A DNA stretch of 64,000 nt from the IMG/VR virus record IMGVR_UViG_3300021093_000006; one strand, written 5' to 3'. The position numbers and the translations under genes were made by a program. The DNA is from a virus. The notes under the pieces were generated by a model. The model was given only the letters and a program-made list of their open reading frames with translations. It was not told the origin of the DNA and ran no database searches. Below are positions 40,116-49,903 of the stretch, piece by piece (within the stretch, counting starts at the first letter, position 1; each line of letters starts with the position of its first letter).

Positions 40116-43100
40116 TTAATCAGTTTGAAAATTTCCACTAAAATTAGTATTTGTTAGTATTGGTGGTGAACCTACCTCAACTTGTTGTAATAAAGTTTCA
40201 CCTAAACAAGTTTTATAAATAGTAAATGGATTTTGATTCTCATTCCCAACATTAGGAGAATTATTAATATTCTCATCAACAGTAGAATTAGATGGACCAA
40301 TACCTTTAAGTGTTGTAGCATTTATTTTATCTGCAAAAAATAGTGAAACGGTTTTATGCAATGCAGTCTTTCCTGGTACTAAACCAAAATAAAGATAATA
40401 AGGGGTTTGTGTTCTGTTAAATTTAATACCTTTAATTGTGTCTAAACCATTTAATCCATCATCAGTTTCATCAATACCACCATTTGCGGTTTGCCCAAAA
40501 TTTAAAGAGCCACCATTAGGGTAATTTACATAAGATGAGGTTTGACCTGGCGCTAAACCATAAAAATAATCGACACTACCATTTGTTTTATAATAACCAC
40601 ACGCATCACCTGTTATAAATGAATCACCATCATTATATTCTGATAAAATTATTTCACCATCTAAATTATAATAAAGTGGTGTACCATCTGTTAAAGTTAA
40701 TGGTTGATATGTTTGGTAGTCATTATTAAATTCTATTGAACCGGGTCTCATATGATGAAATTTTAAGTTAGAAGCTTTATAACCATTAAATCTTCTACAA
40801 AAATAATTTCTTACATCAGTATCATGATTGAAACGTAAAAAACAATTACCTATTTCTATACCAATATCATTTGCATCGATAATTTCAACACCAACTTGTG
40901 ATTGATTTACTGTTGCCGCAATATTAGAACAAACTGTACTAAAACAACTAAATTCTACATATGCCCTTAAATTAAGTGATAAATCTTTTTTATCATCAAA
41001 TTTTTTAATTTCTTTAATATTACCATTTAAGTATGGTGTGGCACTACCCAATTTAGTTTTAAATTCTTCATAACTAACATTGAATGTAGTTGTTGGGATA
41101 TCGTTTAAAATAAAAGGTATGTCATCTATATCGCAAAAAACACTACTACCTAATTCCATAATAGTGGTAGGTAACATTAAATTTGCTTTATATTCTGATA
41201 AATTATATTTAACATCGTTACTAGGAATATATGGTGTATAATATATTTCATTATCCCACCAAGTTATTAAACCATGTTTTATTATTTTAATGTAATTATT
41301 ATATGAAGTTACATCATATACGCAAGGTGCAACACCATTAGAGCCACAATCTGGTTCACAAGTAGGTGTTGGGCATTCAGATTCTTCATTCGCATCTGAA
41401 GTTTCTCCTTCAGGTTGGGTTATATTCTCAAAGAAATTTTGATTATCAGGTAAAAATTCGACTGAGGGTAAACTAGTAGTATATAATGAACAATCATTAG
41501 ATGTTTTGAAATATTCTTTTCTTTCCATCATTCTTGTATCGTCACAAATATTTCTATGGTGACCGTGACCACCTATGTTTTCCCAAGAAGTTGTACCGTC
41601 TCCGCCATCAGTTTCAACATACTCAGGTTTTCCGTGAACTCCAGGAACTTCTCTATCTTTTATTTCATATGGGATACCTTGAGCATTAAATGTATTTTGA
41701 AAGTCTGTAAAGGAATTAAATTTTATTGTACAACCATCAAATGATGGAGTGTTCCCTTTAAATTCTAACTCTTTTACTGCCAAATTTAAATTAGGTGTTT
41801 GTAAATCATTTTCTTCTGTACCATACCAATCAGTAACTCTTCTACCTTTTATCTTTGCATTACATCCATTAACACTTAATGTTGGATTAGAAAATAGTAT
41901 CGATGGTATTTTAATTCTCCATTGGGTAAATGAGGGATCTCCCTGAAAATTTTGACTGTTACCTCTTTCTCTACAATCAAAATCACAAAATTTATCTTTT
42001 TTAATTTGTCCAAATTTACGTTTAGATTTTTTTAATTTATATTTTCTTTTAATTAGTGGGAAATATAAAGTACCACCAACCCAATCATTATAAAAATCAA
42101 ATTTCAACATTCTAAGAAAAACTGCTACAGGCTCCATTACACAAGAAACCCAATCTTTAATTCCTGCAGTTTGTAAACCACCACAATTCAAACATTTAAA
42201 TGGTTCAACAAATGGTGAATTACAACCTTGTGAATTACCAAATGGACTCTTTATTAAAGTAACCCTTATATCCAAACCTTCATCTGCACATTTTAAACCT
42301 ATTAGAGGTATTTTAACACAACATTTACTACAACAAGGTGGACTAGAAGGGACACCTGCAGTGGCTAAAGCCTGTATAGTCGCATTATTACTAGGACATC
42401 CATTATAAGGATATGATGGATTGGTTTGGGATGAGGGGCAACAACTATGGGTAGAAGAAGCAGGACATATTCCTTTACATTTATTACACAATAAAGGACT
42501 AAAAATACATCTCCATTTTATATAAATTTTTAAAGTAAATACTGTACCACCCGAAGCGGCACATTCATTCCCACAACCATTCGTACCATCACCACAATCA
42601 CCAACTCCACCTGGTTGAGGGCAATATAAATTTTTATATGGTTGGTTACAAAATTCAAATCCAGCTGGTAAGTTAAAACAATAAACTAAATAAATTGTCA
42701 ACCCAACAGGTATTTTTATTGAGCATATTTGGGTTATAAGTCCATTAATGATGTTTAATATCCCATTAATGAATCCTACTATATGACCAAAAAAAGTTAA
42801 TATAAGACATATTATAGTATATAAAGGATTTAAATTAATATCAATTCTATTTGTTGGGAATTTATTAACACCTTCCGCATTTAATATATCTTTAATACCT
42901 ATAAAACCTCTTGCCTCATCTCCATTCTTACCACCTAATTTTTGATACCTACTTATATATTGTTTTACAGTATAAACTTTTTTCCACCTAAAAGGATAAA
43001 ATTCTTCTAAATAGTTATATTGGTTTCTTAAATCATTTGCATACGGTGTACCAGTAGTTATTGTAGATAACTGTTGGTTTATGGTAAAATCCTGACTATT

Positions 43101-44297
43101 CTTTAAATCTTCGGGACTATATTCACTAAAATTAAAATTATTATTTGTATTAGGGACTAAAAATTTCGCCCTTTGTCTTAATCTTTTATCATTAGAAGTG
43201 GCATCCATAGAAATCCTAAATCTATAATCACCTTCAGTGGCAACACCTTTAATTCCATCAGGAGAAGGTACTAAATTACCAAACTCATCAGTTACCACTT
43301 TTCTTATGTTCATAGGAACTAATAAAGACCAGTTACCATTATCGTCAATACCATTACCTTTAAAACTATATTTTTCTATTCTACCATCAACTGTTCTCCT
43401 TAATGCCTCTATATTACCTGCACCAGTAATAACTTCATTCATTTTACCCATTTCTCTGGCTGGTTTACAATTCTTATTTAAAGAATCTTTTTCATCGTCA
43501 GAAAAAACACTACCCATAAAAATGGCAGTGGGTACTAATTCTAAATTATCGATAGAGATATCATATCTATTTATACCTAACCCATTACCGACACTTAAAC
43601 TATCACACCAATAAGGTTCAATTCTTACAGGTATATTTTCAGAAAAAATTTGTGGTAAACTATCTAAATTATTAGAAGATTTAAATTTAAATCTATCTTT
43701 AAATAAATCATCACTATATCCTTGTTCTATTAATTCAAAAGGTCTCACAGATAAAAACCCTATATCACTTACATCCATATCATAATGTAAGAAATGATCA
43801 CCTACTGGAACACCAAATAAAATATAATCTCCCGCCTCATTTGTTGTAGTAGTATATTTATAATACTTCTCATAAATTTCTAAAGTAGTATTATTATCTA
43901 ATATTTCTCTTTTTTTAGGAAATGTACCAACAGGTGTATGATCTAATGTTTGTTGATTTTTAGGTAATACATTATATCGTATACCATTTTTATTTTTTTG
44001 ATCAGGAAATGGTTCTGTATAAGGATAGATTGATGATTTAACAGGATCTTGTAAATCATTATCATCTACAGGTACAAATATAGAAACTCTAACATTTGGT
44101 ACACCAAATCCATTATTGATTATAACCCTACCCGCAATTACTCCATATTCAGAACAAAAACTTTGGTAATCGTCTTTTTGTGATATTTTTAAACTTAATA
44201 TTTCTAAATGATCATAATTTTGACTAAGATCAACATTAACCTTTAAATACCCATTGTCATTACCTGGTGTTGTCCTAATTCTAAATGATTTAGACAT
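40116..44297 (-). CDS. Large baseplate-operon protein: N-terminal carboxypeptidase-regulatory/prealbumin-like fold, then a hydrophobic segment and a Cys-rich region
   Basis: IAGRVIINNGFGVPNVRVSIF...TTTNEAGDYILFGVPVG; LYTIICLILTFFGHIVGFINGILNIINGLI; many Cys follow. Confidence 0.6.
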   Translation of the reverse strand: MSKSFRIRTTPGNDNGYLKVNVDLSQNYDHLEILSLKISQKDDYQSFCSEYGVIAGRVIINNGFGVPNVRVSIFVPVDDNDLQDPVKSSIYPYTEPFPDQKNKNGIRYNVLPKNQQTLDHTPVGTFPKKREILDNNTTLEIYEKYYKYTTTTNEAGDYILFGVPVGDHFLHYDMDVSDIGFLSVRPFELIEQGYSDDLFKDRFKFKSSNNLDSLPQIFSENIPVRIEPYWCDSLSVGNGLGINRYDISIDNLELVPTAIFMGSVFSDDEKDSLNKNCKPAREMGKMNEVITGAGNIEALRRTVDGRIEKYSFKGNGIDDNGNWSLLVPMNIRKVVTDEFGNLVPSPDGIKGVATEGDYRFRISMDATSNDKRLRQRAKFLVPNTNNNFNFSEYSPEDLKNSQDFTINQQLSTITTGTPYANDLRNQYNYLEEFYPFRWKKVYTVKQYISRYQKLGGKNGDEARGFIGIKDILNAEGVNKFPTNRIDINLNPLYTIICLILTFFGHIVGFINGILNIINGLITQICSIKIPVGLTIYLVYCFNLPAGFEFCNQPYKNLYCPQPGGVGDCGDGTNGCGNECAASGGTVFTLKIYIKWRCIFSPLLCNKCKGICPASSTHSCCPSSQTNPSYPYNGCPSNNATIQALATAGVPSSPPCCSKCCVKIPLIGLKCADEGLDIRVTLIKSPFGNSQGCNSPFVEPFKCLNCGGLQTAGIKDWVSCVMEPVAVFLRMLKFDFYNDWVGGTLYFPLIKRKYKLKKSKRKFGQIKKDKFCDFDCRERGNSQNFQGDPSFTQWRIKIPSILFSNPTLSVNGCNAKIKGRRVTDWYGTEENDLQTPNLNLAVKELEFKGNTPSFDGCTIKFNSFTDFQNTFNAQGIPYEIKDREVPGVHGKPEYVETDGGDGTTSWENIGGHGHHRNICDDTRMMERKEYFKTSNDCSLYTTSLPSVEFLPDNQNFFENITQPEGETSDANEESECPTPTCEPDCGSNGVAPCVYDVTSYNNYIKIIKHGLITWWDNEIYYTPYIPSNDVKYNLSEYKANLMLPTTIMELGSSVFCDIDDIPFILNDIPTTTFNVSYEEFKTKLGSATPYLNGNIKEIKKFDDKKDLSLNLRAYVEFSCFSTVCSNIAATVNQSQVGVEIIDANDIGIEIGNCFLRFNHDTDVRNYFCRRFNGYKASNLKFHHMRPGSIEFNNDYQTYQPLTLTDGTPLYYNLDGEIILSEYNDGDSFITGDACGYYKTNGSVDYFYGLAPGQTSSYVNYPNGGSLNFGQTANGGIDETDDGLNGLDTIKGIKFNRTQTPYYLYFGLVPGKTALHKTVSLFFADKINATTLKGIGPSNSTVDENINNSPNVGNENQNPFTIYKTCLGETLLQQVEVGSPPILTNTNFSGNFQTD

Positions 44298-44320
44298 ATT
44301 AATATCATTTTATCCTTTTA

Positions 44321-44728
44321 TTATTTTTTATTTTCAAAAATTTCTATATCATCAAATTCTGTTTTAGTTTTATTTTCTTTTTTTTCTTTGTAAGAAACTG
44401 TATCTTTAAATTGTCTTTCACGTTTCTTAACTTCTCTGTTATGTTTAAATTTCGCATAAGAAGTTAAAATACCAATAAAAAAGTCTTTAAATTTTTTACT
44501 TACTTTAGGTAAAGACTTTGGTAAAAAGAATGTCATAAAAATTTGTCCAACTAAAACTAAAATAATTAGTGGTAATACAACCACTATCGATAAAAACGCA
44601 ATGATTTTAAAAAAGAAATTACCATTATAATTCCCATTCTGAATTGATTCAGGAATTAAATTAATATCCATAGTTTGATTTTGTTTACCCCCTTTTTTAC
44701 TTTTTTGATTACATGTTTTACATTCCAT
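44321..44728 (-). CDS. Small membrane protein with an N-terminal CxxC
   Basis: MECKTC; a ~30-aa hydrophobic segment FFFKIIAFLSIVVVLPLIILVLVGQIFMTFFL. Confidence 0.7.
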   Translation of the reverse strand: MECKTCNQKSKKGGKQNQTMDINLIPESIQNGNYNGNFFFKIIAFLSIVVVLPLIILVLVGQIFMTFFLPKSLPKVSKKFKDFFIGILTSYAKFKHNREVKKRERQFKDTVSYKEKKENKTKTEFDDIEIFENKK

Positions 44729-44778
44729 AACTTTAATTTTTTTTATTAAAACTAATTATTTTTTTAAAAAAGTAATTA

Positions 44779-46608
44779 CTATGAGGTTGAAATTGTAACT
44801 TTAATATCTTTATTTGGGTATTTAATCTCAAACATCGCATTAGGTGCACCGAATAAAGTATATCTACCTAATAAATCAATTTGTCTTGTAACATCATCAA
44901 TATATGGTTGAGCTATCTCATTTAAAGAATATTTACCATTTTCGTTAACTTTATTATAAACTCTAAGATCGGTAACATTTAATACACCTGCCACATTGTT
45001 AATATTTTCAACTAATTGTGAAAGATAGATATTATCACCCATTTCCCATTTATTTATATCAAAATATTGTGTAATAGATGAAATAACCCCTGAAATAACT
45101 TCTCCTTTTGGTACTGCCTTATCTGCAAAAATATCTACCTCAAAACCTAAATTTATTACCCTACCATTTTTAACCGTAACATAATCATTTATCATTCTAA
45201 AATCAGCCAAATATTCGGCAATATTTTGTTTTAATGCTGAAGTGGCTTCAGTAGTTAATTTACTACTAGCGTCTAATGCTAATATATAAACATTTATTTT
45301 ATTTCTTTCTTCCCACACACCTGTTCTAAAAGGAACTCCAAATTTACCAGGCATCAATGGTATTCTACTTTGATAATCTTTTATAGTTACACATCTATTT
45401 TGTGCCGAAAAATTATATTTAACTAAATTTCTTATTTCTTCCACAGATGGTTCTTCTTTACCACCTAACGCAGGAATTGGGTTATTAACACTAATACTAT
45501 TACTAATAATTCTATTTATATTGGAATCGTCTCCATTAATAATTGTACTAACTGTACCCAAAGTAGTTATTGTGTTAGGACCAATATTAGAATCTTGTCC
45601 CCCACCTATTCTATACCTTACATATAAAGTATTATTTGTTTGTGGTATCTCACCTAAAGAAAGGTTATTTACTACTCTACCTATTCTATCTATTTGTCCT
45701 CTACATCCTACAAAATCATTTAATTCAGAAATATCGGCATCACCTGCACCAAAAGTAATTTTACAAAATCCATTATCTGTAAATTCTTTTATGAACCTTT
45801 TAGGTGCATTTTTCCATTTTCCGACAACTACACCTTCTCTATCTGATACCGCATTTTCATCCTCAATATAAATTTCTGCCTGTGCCAATGCAGGTACCTC
45901 ATACCAACTTAAATCAAAATTAGAAAATTCATCTTCTGTTGGGTTATTTACAAAGTTAGTACCTTCTTTTATTATAATATTTTCAATAGATAAGACATTA
46001 TCTTCTGGTAATATTATTTCTAAAAATGGTCTATAATCTCCCCTACCTAATGTTTTTTTATAAATTTTAGTAAAACCATTTAACATTATTTCTCTTTTTG
46101 TAAGTGAGTAGTTTTGGATAATTCCATTACCGTCAATATTAGGTATTACTAATCTGTTAGGTATTCCTCCAGTAGTGAAAGGAGATGAAAAATCACAATC
46201 CTCAATAAGTTCAAATACTTTACCTGCACCTGTTGCCTGTGAACCTTTTAAAATTTTAGGTGCATAACTTATATCAAATGTATCACCATTTACAGGTATA
46301 TTAGTCACAGTCCAATCTACAATAGTAATACTAGGTCTTTTACCTGGTATATTTAAACCAAATGTTCTAGCCAATTCTAATATAGAAGATCTTTCTTGTG
46401 CGTAACTAATTTGAGTTTCATTAAACATTCTATCAGTATGGAATGATAACATATCTCCAACCGCAGCGTTTAATTCTAATAACATCATACCAACAGAAGC
46501 ATCATTAAAATCTGAAAAAATTTCTGGATAATATTTTTGAATGAATTCTATAAGTTGTAATCTTACGTCAGAAAAATTACGTGCATTATAATCAATTTTT
46601 TTTACCAT
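44779..46608 (-). CDS. Baseplate wedge subunit (T4 gp6 / baseplate J-like)
   Basis: IDYNARNF...FSDFNDASVGMMLLELNAAVGDMLSF...AQERSSI...YRIGGGQDSN...AQNRCVT.KDY; adjacent to gp25. Confidence 0.88.
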   Translation of the reverse strand: MVKKIDYNARNFSDVRLQLIEFIQKYYPEIFSDFNDASVGMMLLELNAAVGDMLSFHTDRMFNETQISYAQERSSILELARTFGLNIPGKRPSITIVDWTVTNIPVNGDTFDISYAPKILKGSQATGAGKVFELIEDCDFSSPFTTGGIPNRLVIPNIDGNGIIQNYSLTKREIMLNGFTKIYKKTLGRGDYRPFLEIILPEDNVLSIENIIIKEGTNFVNNPTEDEFSNFDLSWYEVPALAQAEIYIEDENAVSDREGVVVGKWKNAPKRFIKEFTDNGFCKITFGAGDADISELNDFVGCRGQIDRIGRVVNNLSLGEIPQTNNTLYVRYRIGGGQDSNIGPNTITTLGTVSTIINGDDSNINRIISNSISVNNPIPALGGKEEPSVEEIRNLVKYNFSAQNRCVTIKDYQSRIPLMPGKFGVPFRTGVWEERNKINVYILALDASSKLTTEATSALKQNIAEYLADFRMINDYVTVKNGRVINLGFEVDIFADKAVPKGEVISGVISSITQYFDINKWEMGDNIYLSQLVENINNVAGVLNVTDLRVYNKVNENGKYSLNEIAQPYIDDVTRQIDLLGRYTLFGAPNAMFEIKYPNKDIKVTISTS

Positions 46609-46611
46609 ATC

Positions 46612-46995
46612 TTAGAATGTTAAGGTTACTGTATCTGTACTTGTGAAAGTTCCCTCTGTAACAGTATAAGTTAACTCCACAATTATTAATTCTTCTATGT
46701 CATTATTCCTAAATGAAATATCATTTATAATTAAATTAGGTATATATAATTTAATTGTATCATTTAGATTATTCCTTATATCCGCATGTGTTATCTCATC
46801 ATTTGGTTCGAAAATGAATTTTTTTAAATCACTACCAAAATCAGGAAGATATAATCTTTCACCTTTATTCGTTAATAAAAGATGTAATAAATCTGCCCTA
46901 ATCGCATCTTTATCACTTTTATTCAATTTAAAATAAAAACCGTTTCCAGCATCTCTAAAAGGAAAATCAATATTTATATACCTAGTCTTTGCCAT
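46612..46995 (-). CDS. Baseplate wedge subunit, GPW/gp25 family
   Basis: AIRADLLHLLLTNKGERLYLPDFGSDLKKFIFEP. Confidence 0.92.
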   Translation of the reverse strand: MAKTRYINIDFPFRDAGNGFYFKLNKSDKDAIRADLLHLLLTNKGERLYLPDFGSDLKKFIFEPNDEITHADIRNNLNDTIKLYIPNLIINDISFRNNDIEELIIVELTYTVTEGTFTSTDTVTLTF

Positions 46996-47001
46996 ATGTA
47001 T

Positions 47002-47008
47002 ATAAATA
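47002..47008 (-). promoter_or_regulatory. TATTTAT putative late-promoter motif
   Basis: taTATTTATata, 6 nt before the gp25 start. Confidence 0.5.
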
Positions 47009-47046
47009 TAATACTATAAAATTTTTGAAAAGAAATAATAAAATAA

Positions 47047-48951
47047 TTATTCTTGACTACATTTAATTTGCATATTGAATATTGTTCTATCTAGTGGGGA
47101 AAATGCCAATACTATTAATTCAAGATTTTCTGTTTCTTTATTAATTTTAAAAGAAGCACCTGATTTCATTATAGAACCATATCTACCTATGTTATCCGCA
47201 ATACTTCCTGAATTTATTATGTCATCGGTTATTTTTTCCGCTTCAGCATCACCATTTTTAAATATATCTTTTACGTTTAACTTACCACCCTCAGATTTAA
47301 TCGCCGCATTAATACTTTCTAATAAACCATCTTCACGTTTATAGATTATTAATTCACCAACAAAATTTCTTACAATGTTTTCCATTTGACTATAATCGTT
47401 ATCACCATCAGCTAAAGATTTTTTAATCTTTTCTTTTGTTGTTTTTGATTGTAACGGTAACATTTTTTTTCTTTCTGGAATACTTAGCGCAATTTGTCTA
47501 TATTCTGTATTATAAACATCCCCCATAAATCCACTAAAGAATTCTTGATCTCCATATCTAACATAAAATGCGTCAGGAACTACTAATGAATCAAATGCGA
47601 TTGTTATAACATCACCAGCACCAGCAGGAAAACTACTTTTAACTGTTGCCGCAACAAAATTATTTTGTTTTGTTCCTCTAGCACCTTCTTTTTTATACTC
47701 TTGATTACATTTTATTGGGGGTTTAGGTGTAATACAATTACACGCATCCTCTGTTGGTTTTATTTTACCTTCTGGACAATCACATTTTTCAGTTTTTTCA
47801 TTATATGTCATCCCATCAGGACATTTACATTCACCATTTTCATCACGTTTCATACATTTAGGGCAACCACACTCACAATTTTCATCAGGAGATTTCTTAC
47901 CTGCCTTATCACAAAAACATTTACCGTCTACTTTATATAACCCTTTTTTACATTCACATTCTCCGTCCTCTTCTAACCTTTCCATACAATCAGGACAAGG
48001 TTCTTTTTCTTTGGTTTTACATAAACAACCTTCTTTAATTTGTTCAGGAGGACATTCACATTGTTTAGTTTCTTCGTTATATGTCATACCTTCAGGACAT
48101 TTACAATTACCAGAATCATCTTTTTCCATACAAGGATCAGGACAAGGTTCTTTAAGAGTATAACACACATTTGCGGTTACCGCAACTATTTGTCCAGGAT
48201 TAAGTTTTCCTGTAGCGATTAACGTCCTCCAATACTCATCAACATTATCTTTAGTATATAAACTACCCCCCTCAATATATTTAGGTTCGGTGGTTGGATC
48301 TAATTTTATACCATAAGTTTTTCCATGTTTTTCTAAAGTTTCTTTAATTACGGCAAATAAATTCTCTGCCCTTTTTCTAGCCAATTTTTGATTGGTGGCT
48401 TGATCACCTTTATATTGGGATTTAGGTAATTTTTTACCACTAAAAGGTTTAAATTCAAATTGTGTACAAACACCACCATATTTCCTATCTGGAGGTATTT
48501 CCCATTTTTTACAATAGTCATTATCAAATTGGGGTTCTACAGGTCCACCATAAAAATTACTAGCAAAACCTTGTAACGTAATATCTCTTATATACATTGT
48601 ACCACTATCCAATGCTTCTTGGTATTCAGGATTGGCACTAACAACTTTTCTAAGTTCTATTATAAAATTTTCTACTGCTTTTGATCCTGTAGGGACATCT
48701 ACCACAAATCTTCCCGTAGCTTTCACAAAAAAACAATCATTTTTATCTGCAGTTTTTTGACCACCTTCTGATGATGATTTAGTATCTTGATTTTGTTCAG
48801 GTTTATCTGCTGCAGGTTTATCTGTTGCAGGTTTATCACTACTCTTATTTATATTGGGTTGTGATGAGGTACTCACTTCCATAATGTATGAACCCTTATC
48901 ATACACCATCAAATTTTTCATCCTTTGTAATTCCTCAAATAAATTCCTCAT
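47047..48951 (-). CDS. Multidomain protein: OmpA-C-like segment, CxC cysteine repeats and a C-terminal beta domain
   Basis: ITLQGFAS...NQKLARKRAENL; 26 Cys counted in about 155 aa. Confidence 0.6.
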   Translation of the reverse strand: MRNLFEELQRMKNLMVYDKGSYIMEVSTSSQPNINKSSDKPATDKPAADKPEQNQDTKSSSEGGQKTADKNDCFFVKATGRFVVDVPTGSKAVENFIIELRKVVSANPEYQEALDSGTMYIRDITLQGFASNFYGGPVEPQFDNDYCKKWEIPPDRKYGGVCTQFEFKPFSGKKLPKSQYKGDQATNQKLARKRAENLFAVIKETLEKHGKTYGIKLDPTTEPKYIEGGSLYTKDNVDEYWRTLIATGKLNPGQIVAVTANVCYTLKEPCPDPCMEKDDSGNCKCPEGMTYNEETKQCECPPEQIKEGCLCKTKEKEPCPDCMERLEEDGECECKKGLYKVDGKCFCDKAGKKSPDENCECGCPKCMKRDENGECKCPDGMTYNEKTEKCDCPEGKIKPTEDACNCITPKPPIKCNQEYKKEGARGTKQNNFVAATVKSSFPAGAGDVITIAFDSLVVPDAFYVRYGDQEFFSGFMGDVYNTEYRQIALSIPERKKMLPLQSKTTKEKIKKSLADGDNDYSQMENIVRNFVGELIIYKREDGLLESINAAIKSEGGKLNVKDIFKNGDAEAEKITDDIINSGSIADNIGRYGSIMKSGASFKINKETENLELIVLAFSPLDRTIFNMQIKCSQE

Positions 48952-48969
48952 AAATTAATTATAATTTTT

Positions 48970-49001
48970 TTTGGCAGTTAAAAAAATAAATATTATATTT
49001 G
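48970..49001 (+). promoter_or_regulatory. Bacteroidota-type sigma70 promoter; overlaps an opposite-strand TATTTAT motif at 48986-48992
   Basis: TTTG (48970-48973), 20 nt, TATATTTG (48994-49001). Confidence 0.75.
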
Positions 49002-49022
49002 TTATATAAATACTTAACAACT

Positions 49023-49580
49023 ATGAAAAAAATACTTTTATCACTATTAATTTTAAATAGTATCTCTTGTTTTTCTCAAGAAAATTTTACCAAAATTGAA
49101 TTTGATAATGCCACTCATTATGGTGAAAAATGGAATACAGACATAAAATTATTTCTTTACGGTAATTATACTCAAGAAAACTATGAAACTGTGGTAAGTA
49201 CCGTAAAAGAATTTAATTCTCTTATGGAATCAATAAAAATAACAATTGTTGATGATATCGATAAATCTAACTCTGTAATATATTTTACTTCAGATGATGA
49301 ATTCATAAAATTATTTGATTGGAGTTCAAAAGATGTAAAAAATTCTACTGGAATAACATACATATATCACGCTGGTAAAAAAATAGTCAAATGTAGAACT
49401 CATATAGATATTATAGAGTGTGGTAAACATAAATGTACTCCGATAACCATAAGACACGAAATGTTCCATATTTTAGGTTTTTGCCATCAAGAAAATGAGA
49501 AAAATACTATTTTAAAAAGTAAAAGCGTTGATATGACAGAAAGGGATAAAGAAATGATTTCCTTATTATATAAAAAATAA
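49023..49580 (+). CDS. Secreted metzincin-type zinc metalloprotease (start re-assigned to 49023)
   Basis: Signal peptide MKKILLSLLILNSISCFS; HEMFHILGFCH fits HExxHxxGxxH. The track start at 48999 lies inside the promoter. Confidence 0.8.
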   Translation: MKKILLSLLILNSISCFSQENFTKIEFDNATHYGEKWNTDIKLFLYGNYTQENYETVVSTVKEFNSLMESIKITIVDDIDKSNSVIYFTSDDEFIKLFDWSSKDVKNSTGITYIYHAGKKIVKCRTHIDIIECGKHKCTPITIRHEMFHILGFCHQENEKNTILKSKSVDMTERDKEMISLLYKK

Positions 49581-49602
49581 AAGTCGGAGAAATCCGACTT
49601 TT
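49579..49602. terminator. Bidirectional terminator
   Basis: AAAAGTCGGA-GAAA-TCCGACTTTT, a perfect 10-bp stem between convergent genes. Confidence 0.85.
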
Positions 49603-49604
49603 AT

Positions 49605-49817
49605 TTACTTTATAAAAGTATTACCTTTTAAATGTTTAGGTTCGTAAGGACAATGTTTACAACCACTACCACAACAACTACCTCTTCTTTTATGATACTC
49701 TTCAGTCATCACTATCCTACCTTGATTATCATAATAAAATTCATTTGGTTGTAGTTTAGGTTCAAATTCTCTTACATATAGTTGTTGGATCCAATCTTTT
49801 GACGCACCTACATTCAT
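49605..49817 (-). CDS. DUF5522-like small Cys-rich protein
   Basis: VMTEEYHKRRGSCCGSGCKHCPY. Confidence 0.75.
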   Translation of the reverse strand: MNVGASKDWIQQLYVREFEPKLQPNEFYYDNQGRIVMTEEYHKRRGSCCGSGCKHCPYEPKHLKGNTFIK

Positions 49818-49819
49818 TA

Positions 49820-49900
49820 TTAATTGTTTTTTCTTTGATTATAGAACGCTAACAATACTTGATATGTTAACGTTACATCATTACCCCATTTAACATCCAT
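49820..49900 (-). CDS. 26-aa small ORF
   Basis: MDVKWGNDVTLTYQVLLAFYNQRKNN; fills the nrdJ-DUF5522 gap with 3-nt and 2-nt spacers. Confidence 0.55.
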   Translation of the reverse strand: MDVKWGNDVTLTYQVLLAFYNQRKNN

Positions 49901-49903
49901 AAC

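Noticed and set aside
6133-47008. Plus-strand TATAAATA as a canonical T4 late promoter
   Set aside because: It would point away from the minus-strand genes it precedes, and it appears as TATTTAT before the plus-strand cassette. It is treated instead as a sense TATTTAT motif.
47707-48167. Eukaryotic or giant-virus origin, suggested by the Cys-rich repeats
   Set aside because: The context is gp25/gp6 baseplate, bacterial sigma, DnaB and DnaG, coupled operons and Rho-independent terminators.
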